NCBI GenBank assembly: GCA_002189035.1
Contig: NEEC01000029.1
Span: 310,001 to 374,000, forward strand
DNA: 64,000 nt
From: Utricularia gibba
Taxonomy: Eukaryota; Plantae; Magnoliophyta
Direction: 5' to 3'
The notes beneath the pieces are model-generated. The model had not been told where the DNA came from, did not search any database, and saw nothing but the letters and a program-made list of their open reading frames with translations. Below are positions 1 through 13,418 of this stretch, in pieces (positions within the stretch are counted from its first letter, which is position 1; the number at the start of each line of letters is the position of its first letter). Position numbers and translations under genes: made by a program.

Positions 1-88
1 AGTCCAACACATTAGCGGAAACCGGCGCACTCCGGCGGAGGGGGAGAATGAGAATGAGGAGGAGAATGAAAGGGTTGGCAGAAGACAT
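1..88 (-). CDS. 5' end of a secreted or membrane protein running off the window edge
   Basis: Minus-strand ATG at 88 reads MSSANPFILLLILILPLRRSAPVSANVLD, a signal-peptide-like hydrophobic stretch. An in-frame upstream ATG at 241 is also open. Family not identifiable. Confidence 0.45.
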   Translation of the reverse strand, partial: MSSANPFILLLILILPLRRSAPVSANVLD

Positions 89-143
89 GGTAGTAGTGGG
101 CGTTGGTAACGGTGGGGGCGTGGGTGGGAGTGATCCTCGCACA

Positions 144-169
144 AGTAGTAGTAGTAGTAGTAGTAGTAG
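144..169. repeat. (AGT)n microsatellite
   Basis: About 8 tandem AGT units. Confidence 0.95.
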
Positions 170-785
170 CAGTCGTCGTAATGGAGGTGGAAGTTGGACG
201 GTTGCATGCAAATCAACACAATTGCAATTAACAACTTTCATGGCTCTTGGTCTTCGTTCTCATTAATCAAAATGCTTCCTAACCATCATGACGACTACCC
301 CACTATTCTGCATGAAAACAAAAACAAAACAAAAAAAAAAAATAGTTAATTCATTCTCCCTCTCCTACGTGTGTAACCGTCAGGAGTCGTCTAGAACTCT
401 TCCACCATTTACGTTCACTTTGTAGAGGGGGAGAAGGTGGACTCACCGGTGAGGCTGAGGCAGGGTTCCACTTCCACCGGTAACGGAGTCGCGGCGGCCT
501 TTTTCTATTCCATCACGCAATTTCTTGCTGGTCTTTCTTCTTACCAGAACCTTTGTATTTTATTGAATAATTCGTGGATGGGCTTTGGGGCGTCACGACA
601 AAATGGAATGTCGAATCCCTGTCACGTGTTTAAGAGGTAGGTGGGAACTCTCTCGCTCTCCCCTCACCTCCCCCGGTGCCGTGTTCGCACTTCGCCGATG
701 GTATCCCGCCAATACGACAACCCAACTTGAAAAATCTCCCCCAAACCTTTGAATTTTCCCAGGAAAAGTTCAAGCCATGAGGTTT

Positions 786-796
786 CCTATATAAAT
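786..796 (+). promoter_or_regulatory. TATA box of the GDSL gene
   Basis: CCTATATAAAT about 40 nt upstream of ATG 835. Confidence 0.65.
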
Positions 797-834
797 AAGT
801 CATCCCCTGCCATGTGATGAGGAGGAAATCCTAA

Positions 835-2308
835 ATGGCGTCCACTCTGCTTTTGTGTTGCATCCTGACGACGTTGTTAGCTCTGGCTTCCGTCACCTCT
901 TCCCAGATGGCCGTGTGCCCCTACGACTACGTCTACCACTTCGGCGACGGGGTTACTGACGTCGGTAACTCCGTCCGGATTCTTCCCTGGGGGCCGCATC
1001 TGCCCGCCGCGAACCCGCCGTACGGCGTGACGAATCCCGGGTATCCCACTGGTCGCTGGAGTGACGGCCTTATCGACTTCGACTTCGCCGGTAGTTCAAA
1101 ACTGCTCTGCTCATTCGTGACTTCTCTCTAGTAGCACAAGTGTTGCATCAGATTGATTTTCCCATGTGTTTCAGCGGCGGATACCGGCTACCCGACGGTG
1201 ACGCCCTACTTGTCCGGCAATACCACCGATAACCGTGCCATCATCTTCTCCGTGGCGAGAAGCCCTGTGCTTGGGCATGAATTTTTTGAGGAAAGAGGCG
1301 TTGAAGTGCCCCCTTCGCTGTGCCTGTCGAGGCTCAAGCACGTTGGTTCAGGCAATACCTCACTCAGGTCTGCTCCACTCCAGAGGGTACGTAGCGTACA
1401 TGCCACGTTTAGTTGGTGTTTGCCATCCACAGACCAAATTTCCGATCAACTGCTGGTTGGTGTTTGCAGAGTGCAGAGACAGGCTTGAGCGCTCGATCAT
1501 ATTCTTCGGCGACATCGAGGGGAACGACGTCGGCTACGCTCTGCGTCAGGGGAGGTCGATCGAGGAAGTCAGGACTTACGTACCCTTGATCATCGAAGCC
1601 CAGCTCAACATCGCCAGAGTACGTACTGCCGCCGACGTGCAGCAAAAACAAAAAAAAGTACTATGTAACTAAGTAATCATCCGTCGGATTCGCTTTGTAG
1701 GAGCTGATTCAGATGGGCGCGAAGACCTTCGTGATTCCGGGAGCTCGCTGATCGGATGCTACCCCCATCTTCTCGAAGCATTACAGAGCGATGACCCTGA
1801 AGATTACGATGAATACGGTTGCTTGAGAAGAGTGAACGAATTCATTGACTGGAAAAACGACCGTTTAAACGAATCCGTACAGCTCCTTCAAGCTGAGTTC
1901 CCGGAGACGCTTCTTCTTTACAGCCCATTTGCGTCCGGGTTCCGTGCGTATCTCCAGCAATACCTCGGTACGCCTTCCTCTCTTTCCTTCTTCTGACTGT
2001 GAACCAGTCTTACTAACTGAAATTCGGCGTTGTTTGTGGTAGCTCCGAACGGGACGGTGACGCTGAGCTCGTGCTGCGGCGGAGGGGGGCGGTACAACTT
2101 CAACGAGGAGAAGTTCTGCGGGAGCAGTGGAGCGGAGGTATGCAGCAACCCGAACGAGTACCTGTTTTGGGACGGCTACCACTTCACGGAGGACGCGTAC
2201 AATCGCATTGAGAAGATCATGATTCCAGCGTCGTTTGAGGTTTTTAACTGTACGGTTCTCAACCGCGCGGCTGCCGGAATCATACGTCCCGGTGTTGCTG
2301 TCGTTTGA
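835..2308 (+). CDS. GDSL esterase/lipase-like secreted protein (acetylajmalan esterase-like), 5 exons, catalytic Ser replaced by Gly
   Basis: Signal peptide; block I YHFGDGVTDVGN; PYG..PTGRWSDG; GDIEGND; CCGGGG.YN; LFWDGYHFTE. Exons about 835-1090, 1174-1386, 1470-1618, 1701-1967, 2043-2308. Two 1-nt-short homopolymers (C5 at 1309-1313, G3 at 1739-1741) interrupt the frame. Confidence 0.88.
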
Positions 2309-2879
2309 GCCGCCGCCGTTACCCCTGACTCCTGATGAACAACGACGACGACCTAGTTCAGTTTCAGACTCAGTTCCGGCGCGTTGTTGTCAGAATCGGG
2401 TGGCTAATATTAAATTCGTTAATAATGTTTATAATATTTAATGGACGTTGGATTGTTATAAACAAATATAATAAAAAAAGAGTCATTTTTAACACTTGGA
2501 GCTCATCACGCACACCTAACCATCATTTGCCCTGCCCTCAAATGTCACCAAATTTCCTTGTTCTTGTACCAAATACTGAACATCGAATTGTCAAATATAC
2601 AAAATATCGAATTATTTCAAGTATTAGTAGTTAATACTCAGAGGCTGCCTGCTTTGAGCTTGGGCGTCGTATTGACATAGAAACTCATGGGCCTGTGGCC
2701 CCGATACGTGACCAAAAAATGGGCCTAAATTGGATTTTGGGGCCTCAAGCTTGAGCTAAAGCTATATAGTACTGAATCCAGGAGGGCCTGGTTTTTGTTC
2801 AAATTACTGAATTAGCCTTACAATACGGCAGGATAACTGCTCCGCGCGGTGCTCTAGCTTCGTTGTTCCGGGAGGAGGA

Positions 2880-4727
2880 ATGCTCTCGTCGACTAAGTTT
2901 CCGACGACGGCGGCGGCGGCTGCGGGGGGTATATCTGCACTTCATGTTGAGGAGAGGAGGCTGTGGCGGGGATTGGCATACCCGGTAAAAGTATCAGAGC
3001 GGAAGAATTTTGATCATGGTAAGGTTAAAGGGGTTCGCACAAGCCGTGGAGATGGAATTGACGAGACCGCAACAGGATCAGCAACTACAGCAAGAAGTCG
3101 ACGTTTACTGAAGGTCCGGGAAGAAAAGAGGAAAAGAGAATATGAGAGAATTCACAAGTATCCTGCCTGGGCAAAGTAATATTTTGATTTCAATTTGAAC
3201 TGGTTGCAGTGGTTTTTTGTTTCCAGATTCATTCATTTTTTGTATTGAAGTCACTTGCAGGGTGTTGGAGGATGCCTGCAGGAACGATGATGAGCTTAGA
3301 GCTGTTCTAGGAGACAGCATTGGTAATCCAGAGCTCATGAGAAAGCGGGTAGATATATATTTGTATCAATGACTTGTGCATTTTGTTTTACTCGACACAC
3401 TTACATACAGAATGTTTTCATATTCTATCATGTTTTTCTTCACTGATAGGTGGAAGAAAGAGTGAGAACAAGAGGGAGAGACTTCAACAAATCGAAATCT
3501 GGATCTGTCCTTGCTTTCAAAGTCAGCTTTAGGAAGTAATACACTTCTTCTTAACCCCATCATCTGTCTCTGCTCTATGTTTTACCTACCCTGTTGTATC
3601 ATGTTATGTAGTGTTCTGATGATGTCATCTTTCTTGAGAGAAGTCAGTTGCTTATGATTTTTTCTACTTTGGATATTAAATATAGGCCCTGTACAGTTTG
3701 GAGGATCTCATGGGTCAGCACCTTAGGGTGTTCTATTCCTTCCTGTTTTTTCCCCTAGTTTTGGGGGCTGATTTTGGGCATTTTAAATCACTAATCTCGT
3801 GTGGTGATTGTTCTGTCTCGTTTTAATCGTCTCTTTCTGCTGTATAATGATTTTTAATGTATAAAAGGTTATAGTGTGCCTTTTTCAATTTTGTGGAGCT
3901 GGTGGTTGTACATGTACAGCTTATATTATTACACCGTGGTTGCAGTTTTAATCCTCTTGATTCTTACATATGGTTCGAACTATATGGATCTCCCTCTGAT
4001 CGAGATGTTGAAGTTTTTGGCAGTGTACGTTTTAGAATTTCTTAATATGATGTTTCGTTTTGTGATATGAAATTGTTGTATTGATCTGATATCATTAATA
4101 TGTCCACAGGTCATTCAGTCGTGGTATGTTATGGGGCGCTTAGGAGCTTTTAATTCTACCAATTTGCAGGTTCTTGCTTCCATCAATTTTCTTTTTGGAA
4201 GTGTGCTCTTTAGTTTAGTGTGCAACTTCATGATGGTGTTCCCTGAGTTTGTTTATTAAAACTGTGCAGGTGGCAAACTCATCGCTGAACTATGATCCTC
4301 TGTACGATGCTGAAAAAGGGTTTAAAGTGATGCCGTCATCATTTCATGACATTAGTGATGTAGAGTTCCAAGACAACTGGGGAAGGGTCTGGTATGCTAT
4401 CTCAGCAAGCTTACCCCCTTTTTTTCGATAAGATTATTTAATGACTTGAACCATCGTGCTCCTGGAGTAGGGTTGATCTTGGTACTTCTGACTCGATGTC
4501 TATAGACGTTCTTCTCAACTGCCTAACTGTACTCAGCTCAGAGTAAGCTTTTGTTTATGAGAAATGTGGGCATGCCACTGGTAGCATTCTGTGCCATCAT
4601 CAATGGTTGTATATTGGTGAGCAGATACTTGGGCATTCAACAAGTTGTTTTTGGAGGGCGTCGAATGGGAGACTGGGAAGATGGGATGACTAATCCCGAG
4701 TACGGCTACAAGTCGTTCAAAATATGA
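2880..4727 (+). CDS. DUF3531 family protein (probably plastid-targeted)
   Basis: Exons with GT-AG borders (about 2880-3175, 3261-3348, 3450-3535, 3946-4024, 4110-4168, 4270-4391, 4471-4542, 4625-4727) give FNPLDSYIWFELYGSPSDRDV..VIQSWYVMGRLGAFNSTNLQ..FHDISDVEFQDNWGRVWVDLGTSD..YGYKSFKI*. Confidence 0.85.
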
Positions 4728-4822
4728 TGATCATGACACGAACAACACCACTGAAACTCTCCAGAAGACAACGTACGTGAAGAAAGAGGACCCATACCTA
4801 GAGACAAGGGTGGCGCTGAACA

Positions 4823-7626
4823 TCAACTTTCATCAGCTGCAGATGACGTAGCCTTCTTTTCTCTTTGTTTTTCCCTCTTCTTCTTGTTTTTCAATGCGTT
4901 CTTGCTCATTTCCCTGATTCCAAAACGCAGAAGAATTGAACCACGATATGAAGGCAAAGTGTTTGAGACAGCTAATTGGTTTATTGCAATAACAACACTA
5001 GTTGCGTGCTCTGAGATAGCAAACAAGCTTACCCAGCAGGAGCGGCTCCAAGCAGCTGTAAGAAGTAAAAAAGCAAACACCATCAACCGATCAATTCTTA
5101 TTGTGGCATGCAATTTTACAAATATAACAGGGAAAATATAACAGACCTCTGCCTGAATGGCTGCAGCTGCCTTCGCATGAGGAGGTCTGTAAGCAGCAGG
5201 TTTTTGCACAGGAGGATTGGCTGCAGTGGCCCCCTTTGATATTTGAGTTGTTTTGGAACCTAAAGCAAGAACATTTATCTCACCGCAGCATCCAAAATAA
5301 TGAAAATCACATACTAGACACGGTTCAGTGGTGAGTATTGAACCTTTTGATGGTTCTTCCATTTTCATAGAGCTAATAGAATCTGAAAGTTCTGAAATAT
5401 CTCCAAATTTCTCAGGTGACTCGGGTTTCCAATCGACCTGATACCCCCGAAAAAAAAAAAAAAAACTTGTTCACTCATGAATAGAAGGTCAGTCCGAAGG
5501 AATAGCATATTGTAAAAGGTACTAACTTGATAAAGCCTGTCAAACATCTTCTTGAAATGCAGTGATCCGTTGTGGAGGAAGATTTTGATCCTTCAACAAA
5601 GAAAACACATGTTTTGACACTACGAATTTGAAGTTCATTGGACGAAAGGCATGTTCATTTCAAGCACATTAATACTCGCAGAGATGGAATACAAAAATAC
5701 AAAAAATCAGAATTACCCGTTGTCAACCTGCAGCCTCGGAGCTGTCGTGGCAGTCATGAAATACCGTCCATCTGGTGACCATTCGCTTGTCACTGACAAT
5801 TCGGCTTTTGTATCTCTTAATTTGACTTTTTGATTATAATCCCAGAAAGCCTGAGAAGAGCAAGGAATTAAAACCCCCATGAAAATAAAAAGGCTAACTG
5901 TGAGATGCAATTATTTTACCATGTCACCCGGCAAATTCCCAAAGCCAGCCACACATATAACTGCAAAATATTCTCAAGGAAAATTGGTGTAAGAAACTGC
6001 AGACGAACCGAACTGGGGGTGGTGGGGGGAGCACGTGACAAATAATGTAACTCTATTCAAAGGATACATTTCCCTTTGGGATTCCATCTAATAGTGTTGT
6101 ATGGGCCTGACCCAAGCTCAAACAGAGGATTGCACTTCCTATCAAATATGGTCACCATAGCAGGCATATCTGAATCATATCAGTTAATGGAAAACATTTT
6201 TCTGAAGAGACAGATAGCGGGAAATATATAAGAATATTCTTTCACCATATGCTGACCAGACAATATATACTGCTCATGCATGCCGGAAAAAAAGGAGTAC
6301 AAGGATACATCCATAGACAACCGCAAATTCTTTACCAGAGAAAGACCATTGAACATCATGCACAGGTCCTTCTTTACCTGTAAGTGTGAAAAACAACATA
6401 AGCGATGAGAAAGGAATGATAAAGTCTCAATAGATAATCTTATCAGAAGAATATCAGACGTACGTAATGGCACCAATCCTTCATAAGCACCATCAGTTGT
6501 CAAATAATTTAACTTTGACTCTCCATAATAACTTTGATTTGTTTTATCAACATCTGACTGAACAACAACCAAAAGACCGGTGGAACCAAAATTCCATTTC
6601 AACTGTACAGATGAACACCTGAAAAAACTTTTTCTAGCAACAGGCTGATTCTGTAACTCCTTCAAACAAGAAAATATTTGAACATTTGCAGGCATTCCCT
6701 GAAAAACCACAACATATATGCAAATCAGACCCTAGAAACAACATCATGCTGAACTATTATTGATCCGTTTATTACAGCATTTAGTTTCAGAAAAGGAGAA
6801 GCCTCCACAAAAAACAAACACAATTTCAGAAAAAAAAAACTGAAAAAAATGATAATAGATAAGATCATGTGATGTCTAATGTATATCATTAGGTAGAAAA
6901 GATCAAATGAACACATTAAAAATGAAATTTGAATTTTTTATCCTGAGTGATAACAAGGTGTTTAACAAGGGGAAGGGACCTTGGATTCCGGAACAAATAC
7001 TGCCACATGTGATCCAGGTGACTTGGAAAGCTCGAATGAGGTTATTCCAGGAACTCTAAGCCTATGAATGATTCCCTTTGAAAGATCAACAGCATCAAGA
7101 AATTGTACTTCATTGGTGGCAAATCTGCAGGCAATGGCTTCATCAGAGCTAAACCGGATAGAAGGCCTGGAAAGAAAGAAATCTTAGTCAAGCTGATATG
7201 GAAAAAAAACACAAAGTCAAATGCAAGCCACGTACCATGTTGCTTTTGTCATATTTTTCTGAAACACTTCATAAATGGATTCACCAGTTGCCATGCTCCA
7301 AATAACAACATTCTTATCTTGTGAAGATGCAGATTTCTGGAAAGTCTGAACATAAGTCCCATTAGGAGATATGCTGGCGGCAAGAACATTAGGCACTGAT
7401 ATAGACCTGATCACCCCGAAGGATCTGGAATCATAGACACTAATAAGCGAGTCAGAGGAGACAACCATGATCCTTGATCCATCCTCGCTATACTTCACAG
7501 AGGTACAGTGCACATTATCGTGCTTTACACTTGGTATTCCATCCGAAAATGGAGGGCCACTCCAAATGCTAAACCCTCGGTCCCTCTTACCAAAATTTCT
7601 AAAGGAGGACCCTTCGCCACTGCCAT
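4823..7626 (-). CDS. eIF2A: Eukaryotic translation initiation factor 2A (WD40)
   Basis: MAVAKGPPLEILVRG..FSIWSGPPF; KSFFRCSSVQLKWN; DVDKTNQSYYGESKLNYL; EWSPDGRYFMTATTAPRLQVDNG; KPAAYRPPHAK; NKKKREKQREKK. One homopolymer frameshift at 7571-7576. Confidence 0.92.
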
Positions 7627-7980
7627 TGTGAATACCTAAAATGGACACTGAGTGTGGTCGACGACGGACAAGGTATTCAAAGGAAAAGCACCATCTTCAC
7701 AGCCCAATTGGCGGCACTTCAGTCAGAAGCTTAATCACAGATCAATGAAGAACACCCAATACAATATGAAAGTGAAGACTAGGATCAGAAAATGTGTAAT
7801 CTGTTATCATATCCCCCTAAATAAACATCGAAAAGCCATTTAGAGAAGTACCAATTTGTTCCCTACTCCCCCTCTTTCTATCGCTGCCCTGAATTTCTCG
7901 AAATCAATGAGCTTTTATGCTAAAACTCAAAGAGCCATCTGTAGACACGAATCTTGCTATTTAGGTTTAACTTCTGCATT

Positions 7981-8031
7981 CGGCCCAGCCCAATACTACG
8001 GAACACCTTTTTGCCACTCGGCCCAGCCCAT
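7981..8031. promoter_or_regulatory. Site II (GGCCCA/AGCCCA) cluster upstream of eIF2A
   Basis: GGCCCAGCCCA occurs twice (about 7982 and 8021). Site II elements are established in plant translation-gene promoters. Confidence 0.55.
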
Positions 8032-8274
8032 CTTAGAATTATAGCCGTTTGAGAAGCAACGGCTAGTTTTTGTCTCCATCCTCAAGAATACATGTTGTAC
8101 TACATTGTTTTTTTCATTTTTTAATCATCAACCCAGTTCCTGGAAACATTCATTCACCACAGAAAAATATGAAAATTAGTGAAGAAAGTGAGGACTATGT
8201 ATACTACAAGTTTCATCGACTGCTCCCATTTAACTGACAATTCATTTGCTATCACAAACTTTCAACCACGAGCA

Positions 8275-11200
8275 TTAGATAGCTTCGCTGTGAGCAGTTG
8301 CCTCACTCGATTCGGCTGAATAGCCCCAGAGTTGCTTCAGTTCTCCCTCACCAGTCCCAACAAAACGCAAGTCCCTACATTAGTTTGTTTGCATCATTTC
8401 AACTTTGAAACTTCAAAGATGGAGGTTATGCTGCTGCTTCTGATATATAAATCGACAAATAACAAGTTTGTACCTAATGTACATGGAACCAGGTATAGAA
8501 GAGCTGGCTGGCCATGCCCATTCATCAAGTACAAGCCTAGGTAAGTCAGGAAGAGACCTACAAGCAATATAAAATATGAAACAGATGTTTTAAAGCGAAG
8601 TGATCAAACAAAATAGCCTACGGATGGCAACCCACAGTGTCAATAATAAAAACAGTTGTACGACTAGAAAATAGTCAAAGTCCAGGGATCCACCCCGGAG
8701 GAAGTTTAAGAGCTCATAAAAGGCATGTTCATCATCCAGACATCTCCATAAGAGAAAAAATATACAAACAATGGAGTAACATGTCTCACCAGTTCCATAG
8801 CCAATAATTAACCAGAGAAAATATCCATTGAGCATTCCCTTTTTCTGTGCTTTATCAAACCTGAGAAGAACACGTAAAAGGTAGTCTGAATCATGTGTGA
8901 TGTTTTAACAAAAAGGATGATATACTCAAGGGCATGTGATGGGTTAGTATAAATAGAGGAAACACCGTATTTTTTGTACCTAAAAGAAAAGGAGACTAGC
9001 AAACCAGGGAAGAGAATGTCACCAAAGCCTATCATATTATAGCCATAATAAGGATCGAAAAGCCGAGGAGTTCTTAGAAGCATGGGAATTGATTCTCCAC
9101 CACTTTTATCACCCCGTGCAACCTAATAAGAAGGCATTATTAAGGTTAATTAGAAGTATGAATACTCTACTTTCTGAATCTAAATTTCTATGATCAAGGA
9201 ATAGAAAGGGAAAATTCAACTACATCTTACCGCAATCATAACACTATCACGGAAGATCAGTGGGGATAGGAAAACCCAAAAGATGTCATATACAAATGCA
9301 CAACAAAGGAGTACTGTTGCAACCTGAAGACAGCAAATTGACGGCAATGAATAAGGGAAACGAAACTTTCTCCAACCTACGGAAGAATATTGGTGGGTGG
9401 GTTCAGGCCTTTATATTCGGTAATTGAGCTAGTTGCAGAACCATCATCATCATGGAAATGCCCTGGCATCAATAAAACCATCAACATTCTGCAATAAAAT
9501 GACCTTACATGCAGAATGATATGACTTTTTTTATGAGAATTAGCACGTGGACTTTAAATGTAATCATCGACCACGTTGTGCCGAAATTTCAACAACTATA
9601 CTTCAAAAATAGAACATTGAGATATCATTCCTTTCGTGTAAGAATGAAATTTTTTAACAAGCAAGTGATTTTCAGAGAGTATCATAAGATTTGACACAAT
9701 GAATGAGTGATTTCCAATAGCTTACAAGGATATCTTGGCCAATCCAAGAAAACGATGCTTTTCTCGTTACTGCCCAGATGATTGCAAACATTACACAGAA
9801 TATCAAAACTGCCAGGGAGAGAACCGAAACATTTCCTAAAATCCATAAATTAAGTTCCTTTTCGGCAAGCCCCTTACATCTTCCGCACCTGGAAAGGGAA
9901 ATAGGAATAATACAACACTGCTATTCTGGAACATTATGTAATCAGAAATATCTGTCTCTACCTTGATAATAATGGTACAAGACAGGTGTGCATACCCTGA
10001 ATGATGGAGAATGAAAATTGAAATAGGATTCCTTTAACATTCCAAAATATATGAATAACATGAGACCTTACCTCTACTCCCCCAAGGCAGAAAAGGGTAA
10101 TCAGCACCCACACAAACCATACCGACATAAGGAAATAAAGTAAAAGTAGAAAAGTTGAAGCACTGATAACAAAGAATACAGCACTTTTTGTGCTAATAGA
10201 AAGGATTTCCTGCTCCTCATTGTCCTTGGCTACACCAGAGGAAGATCCCTAATATGCAAAGAACGAAAGCATCAATAGATATGTAGAGATGTTATCATTT
10301 CGTATTCGTATTAGGAGACATCCAAGACTTGAGATGTATCTTATTCATGAAAAACTGCAACATAGAGTTGTGCTCCAGCTACCTTTGGTGATAAATCGTT
10401 GAGGTATCCATTACGTTGCTGTGGTACAACAATCTCAGACCAAACTGAAGCAGAAATCACCGTTCCAACAGACATCATCCACAAGAATACCACTGAATAG
10501 TCAACAATTGGTCGAATTGGTGCATAGAGCAGAAGTTCCACTGAATAAGAAAATGGAATATAAAAATCAGAATTAAATTTTTCAATAACAATGACAACAA
10601 GGAACCTCGGTCCCACAGGAACGGAATTTAGAAGCATTAGATTTCAACTAGGATACAGATGAAGAAAGAACTCACCTTTATTCCCCTGCACTAAGGATTT
10701 GTTAAGTTCCTCTCCTCCTGACTTGGATAATGTAATAACAGGAATTACAACGTTCAAATCAGTCTTGTTTCCACAACCCATTTCTAGAAGACCTAATCAA
10801 ATAAAATCAAAGAATGTTTGAATTTATCAACAAAGATTTCGGCATATTAATGAAAGTCACTATAGGACAATCAATAAGAGGATACACTACCTTCATCAGT
10901 ATTGATCACCACTAACGCAGCTGCTCCCCCTTCTTGAGCAACTAATGCCTTATCCGTGAACTCACATTCACCACGTACAGCTAAAGCAATCATGCCTGGC
11001 ATCTACAAGGAAAATGCGAAGGATTATGATTAACATGGCTAAAGGAATTCCAAAACAGAGTAGCAGCACGGAGAAGCACCTTGTTTGATAGCACGGAACA
11101 GCTATTCAAGGGTTTTGTGAATGAAGCCGGCAATCTTTGGGCATTTTCATCATCCTGGGCAATAGAGAACCAAATCCTGCGCATAATCCGACAATTGGCT

Positions 11201-11450
11201 CCTTTTCCTCTCTATTTACCCAGACATTCACCTTCATCTGAAACACAAAAAATGCACATGGAATATGTTTCTAATCAACATCCGAAACACAAAAACCAAA
11301 TATGAAAATGATGATGAAAAGAGCTTTCATTACCAAAGGGAAATCACGTCTGCAGGTGGTGGGAGCTGCGGTGGCGAAGGATGAGAAGAACAACAAGGTT
11401 AACCCAATGTGCAATCCACCAGAAGTTAGAAAATTAGGAACGACAGCCAT
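8275..11450 (-). CDS. SPPL: Signal peptide peptidase-like aspartic protease (SPPL, PA domain)
   Basis: Signal peptide; PA domain ([29 protein letters not shown]); catalytic YD ([10 protein letters not shown]), GFGD ([11 protein letters not shown]) and QPALLYLVP motifs. Homopolymer frameshifts at 11157-11159 and 8345-8347. Confidence 0.92.
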
Positions 11451-11986
11451 CGCAAACGACCGATCCTCTTTCCCTGTCGCTTTGAAGTCTGTGAATAAAG
11501 AAAACGAAATGCTCTGCAAACTCTACGTTGGAGATTGCATGGCGAAAAACAAAGGCAGAAATTGCTGGAGGAAAAGAATTCCACGCCATTTCCTGCCTTC
11601 TATAACAATTTAATTTATATTGCAAAAAAAAAATGAAAAAAATTCACGAGAATATATACTTTTTTATTTTAATAAAAATATATAATAACACGACAATATA
11701 TGTTTTTATCATTTTGCGTTGGTAGATGATGTAACGCATGTGTGCACTGTGTTATCGAGGAAGCGGTTCGACCGGGGGCGCCCCAGGTCTCGTTAGGGCA
11801 ACCAACTGCAGCGGGCGGTCTGTCTGTCTGTGCAACCAAAACCTCTGTTAGAGGCCACCTACCGGTGTCGTAACCTGATTCAGATCTTGGAATGTGCTTG
11901 AGAAATACATAAGAAGAACCGCGTAGTATTTTTTGTTCTGCTTTTGCATGAAGAAGAGATTATCAATAATCGGAGGCATTTGCCAA

Positions 11987-13418
11987 CTAAAGCTCACTGG
12001 CATGTGACGCGGGTGGTTTTGGACCGAATGATCTTTCAGGGTTTTCTTCATCAATATCAGAATACGGAGGGAAGTCATAGGGAAGGTCTGCTATGCCAGC
12101 TCTATCGAAGATCGCTCTGAGTTCTTCAAAGACAAATGCATTTCCTTCCGGGGTCAGGTGTAGCCCATCACTGCCAAAAAAAAGCTACATTGAAGCAGGA
12201 GTTTGAAGAACACAGGTGATTCAGAAGTTAGATAAGCAGTTTCTAAATCCTGGCCAACCTCAAGTACTTCTTCTCCCAACCCTCGGTTTTCTGCATTTGA
12301 GACCATAAATTTATGCACTGCACACCGAGCTCGTTTGCTAGAGCAGTACACTCCTTTGCATATGCTCCTGTCACATCATTCGTGCGATCGGGCACTTCTG
12401 AAGCATTGTCACCATATAAAAACCTGCTTTAGAACTTAACTGGAGTGAGGCCCAAGGCAATCAACGTTGAAAGTACGCATAAGCAAACGAAACAATTGAT
12501 GCTGCTCATGCCTTGCATATTCTAGGCGCCCCTCACGATCAATTGGAGGTGGAGTTATTAAAATGATAAGTGTCTTTGAGGAACGACCCTGCAATAATAT
12601 GCGAAAATCAACCATCAATTTTCTCCATAATAGGTAGGAAGACTGCAGATTTCTCAACTTGGAACGAGAGGTTAAAAAACACCTTGATATGTTGAACAAT
12701 GCTTCTCAAATTTTCCTTGTAGTCTTTTAAAGACACATGCTGCCTTTTTCCTGTACCCTCCACAAGAGCAGCATCATTAGCCCCAAAAAATATAGTCACT
12801 GCAAGAGGAGGTGAACCTGTTCCCTGTTCGAGAGAAGGAAAACTGTATTTAAATCTAACGCCGTGTATGTGGATTCAACAATTATCCACTTTTTACAAAG
12901 GAAGTACGCAACAAGATGCGCAAAACCTAGAATTCACTCACAATCTTCCTTAAGGGGACCTAAGCTACATAGCTTCTACTGGGTTGCGATCATCACACTA
13001 CCGGCATCACATGAAGAATTATTGCATCCATAAACTACCACAAGTAGAATTGACAGTGAATGGGGAGGGCCTTACCATTTAGGAAACAAAACTGAATAAA
13101 ACAATATGAACCAGTCAAAAGTTTAAGTTGGGAATCAGTAAAAAAATTCAGGAGTGATTAATACTTGTGGAACAGATGAGACAGCAAGAAGAGAGCCCAT
13201 CTAGTGTTGTACCCCGAATACCCACGAAGCACCACGTCCACCTTCGCAAACCACAAATAAACGTGAAATACCGTAGATAAATGCATAAATCAAGTTGCAA
13301 TACGGGGGAGATCACGAACCTTTCTGGAGTAAATGTCAGAAAGTGCTGCACCCCAACCCCCTGGTGCGAATGACTGCTGTGTTATTGAGTCTCCGAACAA
13401 AACTATCTGTGGTCTCAT
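11987..13418 (-). CDS. SGNH hydrolase, IAH1/CPRD49-like GDSL esterase
   Basis: MRPQIVLFGDSITQQSF..GWGAAL; RGYSGYNTRWAL; IFFGANDA; ILITPPPID; SDGLHLTPEGN (DxxH). One probable frameshift at 13169-13170. A 5' UTR exon lies near 13660-13740. Confidence 0.9.

Noticed and set aside
4884-5141. Plus-strand 85-aa ORF, and similar shadow ORFs such as 18666-18971, 21795-22160 and 34997-35266
   Set aside because: They lie antisense to well-supported genes and have no recognisable motifs.
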